Shown: piece by piece, positions 26,661 through 39,760 of the stretch
Numbering within the stretch: the first letter of the stretch is position 1
Layout: the number at the start of each line of letters is the position of its first letter
Origin: Chiloscyllium plagiosum
Lineage: Eukaryota
Length of the DNA stretch: 60,000 nt
Reading direction: 5' to 3'
Assembly: GCF_004010195.1 (NCBI RefSeq)
Contig: NC_057757.1
Span: forward strand, 1,926,985 to 1,986,984
Made by a program: the position numbers and the translations under genes
Notes under the pieces: model-generated
Told to the model about the DNA's origin: nothing
The model's input: only the letters and a program-made list of their open reading frames with translations
Database searches by the model: none

Positions 26661-27166
26661 GTTATGGTCTTATCTTCAAGTGATAGCAGGTTAGTTGCAG
26701 ATTAGAATTAATTTAAATGCAAAAAAAGTTCAATATAATTGTAACATACATCACATAAGTTAAAATTTTCATGTTTTACTGTTAACTGAAAGGAATGAAC
26801 CACTATTTCTGCAGCCTTTGTGGGATGAGCAGAATTACACTTGGACATGGAGGTTATGCAATGCTGAACAACAGTACCTTGAAGAATACGCAGTGTTTAC
26901 TATGTTACCTAGTTTAGAAAAATGGTGTTTCAAGTTTCATTCCCTAAAAAAAGATGCTGAATTGGAATTAATCAGGAAAAAGCAAGTTTGATTGAAAATG
27001 TTTACATCTTCATATCCAAATATAAAACAGTACCTAGAAATAGGTTAGATACCAAAGAAAGACCATAATCAGCTTTACCCTGAAAGGTGAGAATTGATGA
27101 GGAAAATTGATGGTATACTGATATTTTCAAGAAAAAGATTGATGACACTAAAAAGCTAAACTAAAA

Positions 27167-27580
27167 GTCACTCAACACCAGTTATAGCCCAACAGCTTTA
27201 TTTGGAAGCACTGCCCCCTCATCAAGTGCTTGTGGAGTATAAGATCATAAGACATAATTTATGGCAAAAGATTACTGTCATAGAGTGATATATTGAACAG
27301 ACCTGAATTGTTAAGTCTTTCATCTTTTAGAATGGGCTGAAGGTTTTGGTTCATTAATATGTAAATTCCAGGACTTCTTGGAAGTCACCTTCTTGAGACA
27401 GCTTGAGGTTTTCGAACAAAAGCTGAGATGTCACCTTTTGTTATATAAAAAAAACACTTGATGAAGGAGCAGCGCTCTGAAAGCTAGTGCTTCCAAATAA
27501 ACCTGTTGGACTATATCGGGTGATGTGTGATTTTTTAAACTTTATCCAACCCAATCCCACACTGGCTCCTCAACATCATG
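27167..27580. mobile_element. Penelope-derived fold-back element, family B
   Basis: Arms caacaccagttatag..tttatttggaagcac / gtgcttccaaataaacctgttggactata; actaaaa duplicated at the flanks. Confidence 0.8.
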
Positions 27581-28583
27581 ACTAAAAAAACTAAGAATGG
27601 GAAAGATACTCACAGAAAGAACAACATCAGAAACTAAGCAATTTCTCCAAGATCCAATTTATGAATTTGATCTGAAAATGTATCTTTAGAAAATCCAAAA
27701 TGTAATTGAAGCTGAATTATGTGTATGTCAGTGTGATTCTCCTTACTGTGTACTCCTTAACCAGGTAGCAATTTTAATTATATAAAAAGCTGAACTGCAG
27801 AACTTTCTTCCATCTGTTCCCATGTAAACATTAGCTCATTTCAATACATAATCCCCATGGCATCAGTTTGGTTCTGATCAGTTAATTTCTCAACTGCTGG
27901 AACTATAGCACTCATTACTTGGATTAAAAACATCAATTTATCAAAGGCAGGGAATAAATATATTGGAAATGAGTGACTTGATTTTATTTAGAAAGGAAAA
28001 AAAAATTAGAATCAGTCCAAATTGTTTTAACAATGTAAAGATTTCAGTTCCAACAATTAGAGTACGCCATATTGCATTTATTCAAACAGGTTTTCATGAT
28101 TTGGTTACAATAACTCCCGATAAGAGAATTATTAAATTCAAAGATCTTGTCAACTGAGTAACTAGTCCTTGATGCAATTTTTTTAAAAAATATGCATTTG
28201 CAAGTAACTAAGTTCACACACAGTGGATGGATATCAGATTTTGTAGTCCACAAGTGCCCAAGTGAAGCCAAATAAAGTTATGAACCAGAGTAGATCTATT
28301 TAATTGGTCACCACTATGAATGATTTGCCAGGGAGTGATTAACTCTCAGTGCCAGAGTACCATTTTGCCCCAAACCAAAAGTAACCGAACAGTACTATAA
28401 TTTGGAGAATAAAATCAAACGAAGAGTAAATACACATCAGTCTCCCAAAAGAGTTTGTTAGAAGAACTCTAATTTCAGCCTCAGCCTTTACAGCATTTAC
28501 TAATTTCATTTACAATTATGGTAAAGTACATATGCAAGGCAAACCCCAAAAATCCAGAAAAGAAAACATGCTCCAAACCTATG

Positions 28584-30540
28584 TTAAAAATCACACAACA
28601 CCAAGTTATAATTCAACAGCTTTATTGGAAGCAGTAGCTTTCGGAGCGCTGTTTCTTCATCAGGTGGTTGTGGAGAAGACGACCATAAGACACAGAATTT
28701 ATAGCAAAAGGTTACAGTGAGATGCAACTGAAATTATACATTGAACAAACTTGGATGCTTGTTAAATCTTTCATCTTGTAGAATGGGTTGCAGGTTTTGG
28801 TTTATTAATATGTAAATCCCAGAATTTATTTTAAGTCAACTTCTCGAGATAACTTATGGTTTATAATAAAAGGTCACATCTCAGCTCAGACAATGGATTA
28901 AAAGGCGTGAGAGGTTAGAGTCTGGCTATATCCCAATCCTGAGTCAGACTGGTCCTAAGTGGAATTTACAAAATAATACCTGAAGGTGCTCAAGGATGCC
29001 CTCATAAGAACAGGGTACGATGGTCAACTCATCGATCACCAGTTCCAATGTGCCACAGCGAAAAACCATAATGACCTCCTCAGGAGAGGGACACGGCTTG
29101 CAACTTCGTTGTTCAGAACTTTCTGAGAACCAAAACGTTTCGCCATGTTCTTCGCAGCCTGCAACACATCTTGGCATCTCGCCAAGACCTTCCCTATGCC
29201 TCCACTTCTCTTAAACAACCATCAAGTCTTAGACGAATTTTCACAGCGAACTGCCCAGCCTTCAGGACAACATAGATCACAACACCATACAATCCTGTCA
29301 TGTCAACCACTACAAGATGTGTCAGAGTATTGACACGTATACCACCATTACTCGTGGGGACACTACCCACCACGCACGTGGCAGGAACTCGTGAGACATG
29401 GCCAACTTTGTCTCCCTCATATGCTGCAGGCAAGGATGCCCCAAGGCATGGTACATTGGCAAGACAGAGCAGATGCTACAACAACAGATGAATAAACACT
29501 GTGCAACAATCACCAGACAGGTCTGTTCCCTTCCAGTCAGGGAACACATCAGCAGTCAGGGACATTCGGCCTCAGATCTTTGGGTAACCATCCTCCAAGG
29601 CAGACTTCGGGATAGGCAACAACGCAAAGTGGCAGAGCAGAGGCTGATCACTAAGTTCATTACCCGCGAGGATGGCCTCAACCAGGACATTGGGTTCATG
29701 TCACACTACAGATGACCCCACTACACTATACACTCTCTCTCACACAGGAGAAATGCTGAAGATCAGAGTCAAGAGTGTGGTACTGAACAAGCACAGCAGT
29801 TCAGGCAGCATCCGAGGAGCAGGAATATCGACGTTTCGGGCATAAGCCCACGTTCCTGATGAAGGGCTTATGTCTGGAATGTCGATATTCCAGCTCCTTG
29901 GATGCTGCCAGATCTGCTGTGCTTTTCCAGCACCACACACTCAAATCCTCTCTCACACACACATACAATCCCCCACACACCCTCTCATTGGCTTATATTC
30001 CATCACATCCACACTCTACCACGCTTTCACACATGCAAACACTCTCTCACGTGCACACACACACACGTCTATGGGGTGAATTTGTATTAGCAAAATTATT
30101 TTGCTCACAACCTGTTACATATATTGTACATTTTTACAATTCCAACTTTGGAAATAGAACCAGTCTGACTCAAGATTGGGATACAGCCAATTTCTAACCT
30201 TACACCTTTAATGTATTATCAAACCTTTTGTTTTAAAACCTCAAGTTCTCTCGAGGTGACTTAGAATTAGTTCTGGGATTTATATATTAATAAACAAAAA
30301 CCTGCAACCCATTCTAAAAGATAAAGACTTAACAACAATCCAGGCTTATTCAATATATCATTTCAGTTGCATCTCACTGTAATCTTTTGCTATAAATTCT
30401 GTGCCTTATGGTCTTAGTCACCACAACTACCTGATGAAGGAGCACCGCTCCGAAAATTGGCGCTTACAAATAAAGCCATAGAACTATAACTTGGTGTTGT
30501 GTAACTTATAACTTTGTCCACTCCAGTTCCTCCACATCCA
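28584..30540 (+). mobile_element. Penelope-like element relic, family B, with ~360-bp inverted arms and a GIY-YIG remnant; family-A palindrome nested at 29747-29947
   Basis: ANFVSLICCRQGCPKAWYIGKTEQMLQQQMNKH..AEQRLITKF..GLN. 28584-28945 is inverted at ~30160-30515; aaacctatg duplicated at 28575 and 30541. Confidence 0.88.
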
Positions 30541-33499
30541 AAACCTATGGCATACAAGAACATGGGCACCAAAGCTACACAGATAAGATGTTAAAAAAAT
30601 TAATATTTATCACTGTTTACTTCTCGAGCTTCCCCTCACTTTGCAGCAGGTACAGATTTCCATATATATATTAGATCACATCTTTCTGGTCTTCACATAG
30701 CACTGACTCTTTAATTAAGCACCAACCACGACTCCATCTCTCAGGTATTTTACAAGTAATTTGGCCAGGCAGCTCAAACTCTTTCCTCCCTGCCTCAGAG
30801 AGATTTACAGGCTAGGAATGGATTAAGTTAAGCAGCATACTTGAAAGAGGGCACTACACTGGTGCTGGGTCAACCATCTTTGTAATAAGAGTCAGCAAAC
30901 CACCAATCTTTGCATCAGCAGCTTTCTATATATTAAAAAAAGTACAAACCACTGAAATACAATATTGAGGAAAACCAGTCTACAATGGCAAGTGTCTCCC
31001 CCCCATAGTTCAAGTCTCAGGGTGGACACACAAAAATACTACCATTTGATCTCAAATCTTTTAACAACCAAACTTTGAAGTCCCGATCTTTGAATTCTGT
31101 AACAAAAATAAAACCACCAGTTGTCAGCAGCAATCAAGTTCCTGCAATTTACACATTTTTCCTGCTTTGGAAACTTGACAGCCTCCAACTAACAAATACA
31201 TTTAGATGCAGATACAACCCACAGACAAGACGCCCACTTCCAACATCACTTTTATAAGTGGAATTTTCTGCCTTGAGTATACACTTTTTATATAAAGTCT
31301 AAGAATTAAGAAATGTTACCATTCCTCTGATCTCGCAGAAAATGCAATGACTGATCAAAAGATCATTCCAAACAAAAAAGGGGTTTAATGGGCTAACTTC
31401 AATCCCCAAGTTTTGAGATAAACTAGAAGCAGTTAATCGCCACAAATATACAGAACAGTATTTATAGCATTATAAACACAATGTGTTAATATTTTTAGGT
31501 TTTTCTACAGTGGAGCAGTTACCAACTCCTGTCTTTTTAAGCAGGGGTTATTCCAGCAAAACAATATCCACCAATCAATTACTCAAGTATGTCATTTGTA
31601 TCAGCACAAATTGCGTTGGGTGTATGATGTAAATACTACATTATATTCACTATGCCATTTTCATCACACACACACAAACTATTTCACGCCATCTCCAGCT
31701 GCACTGAGTCTTGAGATTCACTTGTAGAATCCATGATTAAATCTTCAATGACTAAATTAAAATTCATCTGTTTAACTGCCAAATGCATCCTTCAAAATAT
31801 TTTAGTTTAATAAATTTAAATAAATGGAAGATCCTGCTTAGTTGAGTGTAAAGCACCTATGACGACAAATATGCACGAATAAATACCAGACAGGATTACA
31901 TGTGTGGAAAAGTCCCATGAAACATACACCAGTAACTGTAGTATAATACAAATTGCTGCACAGAAATGAGCCGACACTATTCTTGTTCGCCTAATATGGG
32001 GGTATATGCGGCACCAGAACTAAGCATCCTAGAAGCAAACAAAAACATTTTAAAACTCCAGATCCAGAATAAAGATTTGAAATACAATGTATAAAAACAT
32101 TATCTCCCATTGTTTGCAACTCCCTTGTTAGCCCTTAATTCAAATAAGCAGAATTCAAGAGTGTGCAACTCAATTGATGTATGCTGTCCATTGCTCTCTG
32201 GGGTTAAATCTATACATTTTAACTTTTGATAACTGGTCACTAATTTTAATTTGTTTCTATTCAGGTTTCACTGATATAAATTGAAATGTGAAATGCTGTT
32301 ATAAAGCTTTCCAAATGCTTTGTACAACTCTCTTAACATTTTCATAACTGCGCAATTTTATCCAATACTTTTATCCAATACAGTATCCAATACAGTACTT
32401 GGTGTTGGAAGTAAAATCATAGCAAGACTTGGTGTTTATCCATGCATATTTAACTTTTTACATAAGGGATTAAATAATGGCGCTGTCTTAATTTGCATCG
32501 CATTCATACAGGTTTATATAATACGTAAAAAGAGCTATTAAGCAGCCTGAGCTTAAGCAACAAAATCTGTAACTTGCTAGAAATTTAGGGCAATTGCACT
32601 CTCATACAAGTACTTTCAGAGGTGATCACGATCCACTCAAATTTGTCAGATTAATATTCCTCCAATTATTAGTTGGACCACAATTATTCGGGCAGGAAAA
32701 CGTGTCATGAAACAGCCTATAATATTTCAAACCGAATTCATCCTCCGAAAAGACTTGGAAAGAGATTTTTACTCCGCAAATAGTCTGTCCAATTTTCAAA
32801 AGGAATCCTTGTACTTCGCGTTTTAAAATTAAAAGGGACAAACAAGCTTAATGGTTTCAAATTCAAAAATTTATCGCGTCGTTTGAATGATGACAAAGTT
32901 AAAAAGATAACGAATGCATGGATGCCAAGAAAAGTACGGACATAAATGTTCTCAGTGACAACTTAGAGAGCTAGCGCACAGAACTGCAGCTTGGAAAAAA
33001 CTGGGTTGACACATTTCGAAGATTACTTCAAAACATATCCTACATTTACGGTCCATGCTGCCACGTCCTTACTGTACAGGATAAAACATTGCTAAAACTC
33101 GTTTTAGGCACTCATCTTACCATAAGGTAACAAACTCTGACAAGAGTGACTCGACTGCACCGAATTCTGCAGTGCAATCCAAAAGTAACGCAAAGTTATT
33201 TTTTTAAAAGAGTTGTTCGTATCTCGACACCGGCACTCGATTCTAAGATAAATTTACTATCATCTGCAAAACCTTTTTATGTACAATTATCTTTCTTCAG
33301 TGGAAAATCAGACTGAAAACACCCCAATGTTAAAATTTATCCCATCTAAAACACTCTGACCAAGGAGGTTTCAGTACGAAATAAGAAAAGTTTTCAAGGA
33401 AACAAAAGTAGAATTAGGATGAAGATGGAGGGGGAAGAAAAAGATGAATTTCTGTAGAAACGGATCATTATTAACTTTAAAACGGTCATCGGCGAAGAA

Positions 33500-34075
33500 G
33501 GGGGGGGGGGTTGTTCGTTTGGGAAACGATGGAAGGTGGGGAGGGGTGGAAAGAGACACACATGTCCACATGCACACACGCGCGAGGGGAAGAAGAGGAG
33601 AGAGGGGGAAAAAAAAATCATTAAAAAATATTCAGTGAAAAATCCTCTCACTCACCTCCTCCCTCCGCTTGAAAATGGCGCCGAAACCGCCAGCCAACCG
33701 TTAGAGCCGCGCCAGGCACCATGGGAGGAGGGCGGAGGGGGCGGGTGAGGGGGAGAAAGCAGTAGCGGCCGCAGCCGCCACAACTAACCATACAACCTTT
33801 TAATTAATTAATCCCCCCACCAAAAAAAAAGATCCTTCTCAGGATCGCGGGATGATAATTTCCCACCGTCTGTTTATCGTTTGCAATATTTTTCTTTGTT
33901 TAATCTATATATATTCTCCCCTCCCCACCCCCGGCCAACTTCAAAATTTAATTCGAAAACTTGGGTCAATCTGGAAAATGGCGCCGAGAAAAAACGGACA
34001 ACCAACGGCCATTCGGCGCGCGCAAGCGCGCGGTGGGGGTTGGACCTCCACCTCCCCTTCGTGGCCTGTTATAAA
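33500..34075 (-). promoter_or_regulatory. CpG-island promoter of a minus-strand gene
   Basis: The only CpG-dense non-repeat segment (gcggccgc, gcgcgcgc). GC boxes gggcgg at ~33730-33745, two YY1 motifs AAAATGGCG at 33672 and 33975, and YAACGG MYB-like sites. Confidence 0.8.
33656..33800 (-). other. Probable first exon (likely 5' UTR) of an unidentified gene; intron 1 runs leftwards
   Basis: Perfect donor GAG|GTGAGT (intron starts at 33655) at the edge of the CpG island, just downstream of a CGCCATTTT YY1 motif. The transcription start is approximate. Confidence 0.65.
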
Positions 34076-34564
34076 GTAAAAAAAAGCATTATCCTATGCT
34101 AAAGGTGTTCACCCATCTTGAAAAGTTGATTTTTTTTTTGTAAAGGAACGTTTAAACTTCAATTTTATTTCATTGACTTTTAAGCATTTTACCTACTTAT
34201 CCATTATGTTCAAACAGTTGGTATTTAGAAGTCAACCCTATTCTCTTCCATTAACTTTTAAATCACTGAGAAACTTTATATATCTATACACCAAAACTCC
34301 AAAAATGATGGTGATAAACAAAAATAGTCAACCTTTTCCTTCATTAGCTTTATGGAACATTTTTCTAAATGTTTGAGCTAAAGATGCTGTACAATTAACA
34401 AAAGCCTCTTTTTAAATAAAATTTAAGTACATAAAACCTTCATGCTAATTGTGATATAGAAAAATCGCACACATCTTTCCATTACCTATAAATTGCATGA
34501 ATTATTATATTTAAAATACTCATCAAATAATGGTGAATCTCAAGTAGTTAACAGGATTTTTTTT

Positions 34565-34755
34565 CCCATGGAAACAGATCCTTTGGTCCAACCAGTCCAC
34601 CCTGACTGTGTTCCCAAATTAAACTAGACCCACCTGCCTCCACATTGCCCATATCCCTTCAAACCTTTCCTTTTTGTGAACTTTTCCAAATGTATTTTAA
34701 ATGTAACTGTACCTGCATCCACCACTTTCTCTGGTAGTTCATTTCACACACAAAG
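34565..34755 (-). mobile_element. CR1 3' tail
   Basis: catggaaacagatcctttggtccaaccagtcc. Confidence 0.8.
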
Positions 34756-35100
34756 CATTCTCTTATAAAAAAAATAACTATTTCCCATTGTAAAATATGT
34801 TCAATCCGAACAAAATTATAAGTCAATAGATTTAAAAGCTTTAAAAAGAATTCCACATCTACAGCATCTTTCATGACCACAGGATGTCCACCGTGTTTTA
34901 CACCTAATGGATTGGTGTACTTTTTTTGGAGAAATACAATTGTAGATATTTTTGAATCAGTCTTTTCAGAGACACTGTTACATGCATATGGAGCAGGTGG
35001 GACTTGAATCTGGAGCTCTTGGCTCGAAGGTAGGTTACAACAGCACCAAGAAAAACATCCTTAATGTACTATACTCGTATGACCTTAATCTTCACTGTGG

Positions 35101-35242
35101 GGAGAAAGTGAGGACTGCAGATGCTGGAGATCAGAGCTGAAAATGTGTTGCTGGAAAAACGCAGCAGGTCAGGCAGCATCCAAGGAACAGGAGAATCGAC
35201 GTTTCGGGCATAAGCTGCGCTTTTCCAGCAACACATTTTCAG
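35101..35242. mobile_element. Penelope-derived palindromic element, family A
   Basis: Same sequence as the copy at 8031; 18-bp flanking duplication ccttRatcttcactgtgg at 35083 and 35243. Confidence 0.88.
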
Positions 35243-36327
35243 CCTTGATCTTCACTGTGGCTATTAAGGATGCATCATTTAGAACATGATACCAGAGGGA
35301 AGCAGTTGAAAAGGTGTGGATTTTCAGAGCTATAAGACAGTCAGCTACTGAAAGAAAGTTTCTTCTTTGTAAAAAAAACCTGCAGTTTTGAATTACTGGA
35401 TAATCAAAATGGCTGTGCATTTTCCACTCTCTGCTGCAGTGGAAATGAAAGGAGATACGAGTCAGAGCTTGATATTTTTCCATACTATGGCAAAACTATG
35501 AAATAGCTGCAGATAAAAAAGACTGAGTAAGAGTAGCAACATGCTATCCCGCTGCGGAAAGAGTGCTAAAAGTTTGAAGACAATTTTTGAACCCCATATT
35601 AATACTGCATATGAACAATGTGATCAACATCAGAACTTGGTGGGAAATTGATCAACACGTGACCACATTAATACATTTTGATGAATCCTGAGCATTTGGA
35701 CAACTGAAGGATATCATCAAAAATAACACAGTTTAAGGAAAATGAATCCTGCTGTAAGAGCACATTTGTTGAAAGAGAATAAATTTACTCTCAAACAAGC
35801 TATGGATGTTCAGAAGCTCTGATATTGTCAATCATCAATTTAATTGTATTAATGGAAGAACAGGTAAGGCTTGATGATATACCGATAAACAGTCTGGGCC
35901 AAATAAAAACACATTGGAAACAAAGAAGCAATGTTAAATACCAGCCAAAAGATAAAGGCCAGATGACATATTGTGAAAATTCAGTAGAACATCACATAAA
36001 AGGAAGCATGTCCAATGGGCTCCAACTGCAAGATGCTGAATCACTTCGTATGCAAATATTTATCGAGAAAGAAGCAAAACATGCCTACCAAGATGGCTGC
36101 TGGAGAGATGTCAACCATCGATACTGACATATTTTAACAGAATATAACAGATTGGTATTGTCAAGTCTAAAGGTTGCTTATGGTTTAAGACTGCAGAAGT
36201 GAGTTAAATTAATGTGAAGTGTCAGATAGATACCAGTGCTATTTGTACATTGCAAGCTTCTCAGATGTGTTGTGGAACAATACTGAAGACAAAAGGACAT
36301 ATTAAGTGGAAACACTAAAGATCTCAT

Positions 36328-37051
36328 AGAATACAGGGAGAAGTAGCCACTTGGATACAGAATGTTCTCAAAGGTAGAAGACAGAGGGTGGTGGAGGGTT
36401 GTTTTTCAGACTGGAGGCCTGTGACCAGTGGAGTGCCACAAGGATTGGTGCTGGGTCCACTACTTTTCATCATTTATATAAATGATGTGGATATGAGCAT
36501 AAGAGGTATACTTAGTAAGTTTGCAGATGACACCAAATTTGGAAGTGTAGTGGACAGTGAAGAAGGTTACTTCAGATTACAACAGGATCTTGATCAGATG
36601 GGCCAATGGGCTGAGATGTGGCAGATGGAGTTTAATTTAGATAAATGTGAGGTGTTGCATTTTGGGAAAGCAAATTTAGCAGGACTTATACACTTAATGG
36701 TAAGGTCCTGGGGAGTGTTGCTGGACAGAGAGACCTTGGAGTGCAGGTTCATAGCTCCTTGAAAGGTAGATAGGATAGTGAAGATGGCGTTTGATATGCT
36801 TTCCTTTATCAGTCAGAGTTGGGAGGTCATGTTGCGGCCGTACAGGACATTGGTTAGGCCACTATTGGAATATTGTGTGCAATTCTGGTCTCCTTCCTAT
36901 CAGAAAGATGTGTGAAACTTGAAAGGGTTAAAAAAAGATTTACAAGGATGTTGCCAGGATTGGAGGGGTTGAGCTCTAGGGAGAGGTTGAATAGGCTGGT
37001 GCTGTTTTCCCTGGAGCATTGGAGGCTGAGGAGTGACCATATAGAGGTTTA
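36328..37051 (+). mobile_element. CR1 RT fragment lacking its 3' tail
   Basis: WRPVTSGVPQGLVLGPLLFIIYIND..KFADDTK..QMEFNLDKCEVLHFG. Confidence 0.92.
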
Positions 37052-37053
37052 CT

Positions 37054-37374
37054 GGGGCGGCACGGTGGCATAGTGGTTAGCACTGCTGCCTCACAGCGCC
37101 AGAGACCCGGGTTCAATTCCCGCCTCAGGCGACTGACTGTGTGGAGTTTGCACGTTCTCCCCGTGTCTGCGTGGGTTTCCTCCGGGTGCTCCGGTTTCCT
37201 CCCACAGTCCAAAGATGTGCAGGTCAGGTGAATTGGCCATGCTAAATTGCCCGTAGTGTTAGGGAAAGGGGTACATGTAGGGGTATGGGTGGGTTGCGCT
37301 TCGGCGGGGCGGTGTGGACTTGTTGGGCCGAAGGGCCTGTTTCCACACTGTAAGTAATCTAATCTAATCTAATC
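37054..37374 (+). mobile_element. Young full-length HE1-type V-SINE
   Basis: CpG-rich, with intact A and B boxes (tagtggttag, gggttcaattccc), V-domain and (taatc)n tail. Confidence 0.95.
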
Positions 37375-37448
37375 ACATGCCAACCACTGAAGAAATTTTG
37401 ATGCAACTTGCCAAAGCAAAAGAATTTACCATCCTCGATGTAAAGGAT

Positions 37449-38364
37449 AAAGTTAAAAATCACACAACACCAGGTTATAGTCCAACAGGATTATTTGGAA
37501 GTACTGGCTTTCAGAACGCTGCTCTTTCATCAGGTAACTAGTGGGCCAGGATCATAAGACACAGAATTTATAGCAAAAGGTCACAGTGTCATGCAATTAA
37601 AACAATATATTGAACAAACCTAGATTGCTGTTAAGTCTTTCATCTTTTAGAATGGATAGCAAGTTTTGGTTCATTAATATGTAAATCCCAGAACTTCTTT
37701 TAAGTCACATTCTTGAGATAACAAGGTTTTTAAAAAAAATGACATCTCAGCTCAGACAACATATTAAAGGTGTGAGGTTAGAGTCTGTCTGTATCTCAGT
37801 CTTGAGTCAGATAGGTTCTATTTCCAAAGTAGGAATTTATAAAATGTTACATGGATTGACTGCCTGCATTGACTGTCTGCAGGTTGTGTGCTTTTTGAGA
37901 AAAAATATAATGTATCTGCAAATGCAAATTCACCCCATAGCCTTGTGTGTGCGCGTGCATATGAGGGGTGGGGGAAGAGAGAGAGAGAGAGAGAGCGCCT
38001 GCACGTGTGTGTGCATGCGAGTGTGCGCGAGAGAATTTTTTTATAAAACCTTAAGTTATCTTAAGGTGACTTCCAAGAAGTTCTCGGGATTTACATATTA
38101 ATGAACCGAAACCTGCAACCCACTCTAAAAGATGGAAGACTCAACAGCAAACTAGGTTTGTTCAATATATCATTTTAATTGAATGACACTGTGATCTTTT
38201 GCTTTAAATTCTGTGCCTTATGATCATGCCTCACTAGTTACCTGACGAAGGAGCAGCGTTCTGAAAGCTAGTACTTTCAAGTAAACCTGTTGGACTATAA
38301 CCTGGTGTTGTGTGATTTTTTTAAACTTTGTCCACCCCAGTCCCACACTGGCACCACCACATCA
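37449..38364. mobile_element. Penelope-derived fold-back element, family B
   Basis: ~290-bp inverted arms with internal GA/TG microsatellites; 11-bp TSD atgtaaaggat at 37438 and 38365. Confidence 0.88.
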
Positions 38365-39007
38365 ATGTAAAGGATGCTTAGTACCAAGTAACGTTTGATG
38401 AAAACAGCAGTTTTCTAACTACATTCTATAAATTTACATGATTGATCATGCCATTTTGTATCTTCACTAGTCCAGAAGAGTATCAGCACAGACAGCACAA
38501 TATAGTCAGTCAGTGATCCTCATGGAGTGAAAGCTACTGAGGATTGATCTGCTAGTGTATCGACATGGAGACACAATTGGAAGGCTATAGTCTGAATCTG
38601 CTGTGGTTGCAAGATAGAACTCAGCAGGTAAACCTGAAGCTGAGCTAGAGAAAGCTGGAATTTGAAATGCCTAAAGTCAAGTACATAGGTCACATCCTAA
38701 CATCAAAACGATTCTGCATGGATCTTGAGTAGGTGAGAGATGTATCTGGGATGTAGATACCAATAGATGTGAAAGCAGTGCAATAATTTGTTGGATTTGT
38801 GAACTGTTTAGCAAAGATCTTGCCTAATTATCATCACAGTATGAATATCAGTGTAAGCTCTCTGCTCAAGACATGCAGTGGTATTGGTAGAACAGGCAGC
38901 TTTTACTAGGTTCAAACAACTAATGACAACAATACCACGCTGAGTTGAGAAACACACCTACTGAAGGCATGAAAAATAGTTCCGTCCAAACACTACCATA
39001 GATGAAT

Positions 39008-39325
39008 CATAGAATTCCTATAGTGAGGAAACAGGCCATTCAACCAGAGTCCACACCAACTCTCTAAAGAGCATCCCACCCGATCCTTGCAACTCTGTAC
39101 CTCCCACGGCTTATCCACCTAGCCTACATATCCCTGGATACTACGGGCAATTTAGCATGGCCAATCTACCCTAACCTGCACATCTTTGGACTGTGGGAGA
39201 AAACTAGAGCAGCCAGAGGAAACCCATCCCGACGTGGGAAAAATGTGCAAACTCCACACAGCCTGCTGCTGAAATTGAACCCAGCTCACTGTTGCTGTGA
39301 GGCAGCAGTGCTTACCACTGAGCCC
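39008..39325 (-). mobile_element. HE1-type V-SINE
   Basis: Reverse complement of the tRNA head (gctgtgaggcagcagtgcttaccactgagcc) and V-domain. Confidence 0.88.
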
Positions 39326-39454
39326 CAAATGTTACACCACACCCAAATTACTCTTTCAATAGAGAAAAAACTACAGAAGCCAAAAGCAGTATTAGACATT
39401 ATATCTTGATTATGGTCACACATGAGAGAAAACCGAATTTTAATTTAATAAAAT

Positions 39455-39760
39455 AGCTAAGTCATTGCTCCAGCTGATCATTAGAAAAACAGCAAATTTC
39501 TACAGACAGCAATATGATAATGAGTGTCTAATGCTGATTGAGAAATAAACAACAACCTAGGACCTTTGTAAAATAATGCTCCCTGAACAATTGGCTGGAG
39601 CTTAACTTATTATCTCAAAGTAAAACAGCATTTCAAACAATGCAGCATTCCCTCGGCACTGTCACCAGAGCTGAGTTTTGTGCTTAAATCTTGGCATAGA
39701 ATTTGAATCCACAACCTTCTAAATGTAAAGGCAAATATTCTAGCAACTGAACCATAGCTA
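39455..39760 (-). mobile_element. Degraded Deu-domain tRNA SINE (SacSINE1-like)
   Basis: acagcaatatgataatg, aatgcagcattccctcggcactg and tttgaatccacaaccttct head. Confidence 0.6.

Larger units (their letters stand above)
35420..38950 (+). mobile_element. Decayed Ty3/Gypsy gag-pol relic interrupted by CR1, SINE and Penelope-derived inserts
   Basis: Gag-like VRAHLLKENKFTLKQAMDV (~35755), protease-like VKCQIDTSA (~36215), RT MPTTEEIL..FTILDVKDA..DENSSFLTTF, VKYIGHILT and FVGFVNCLAKILPN. Confidence 0.75.

Noticed and set aside
33852..34079. Plus-strand ORF containing MAPRKN (bidirectional gene?)
   Set aside because: The ATG is part of the YY1 motif; it stops early with no donor and no downstream plus-strand exons.
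37054..37130. tRNA genes
   Set aside because: All tRNA-like A/B-box sequences are SINE heads continuous with a SINE body.
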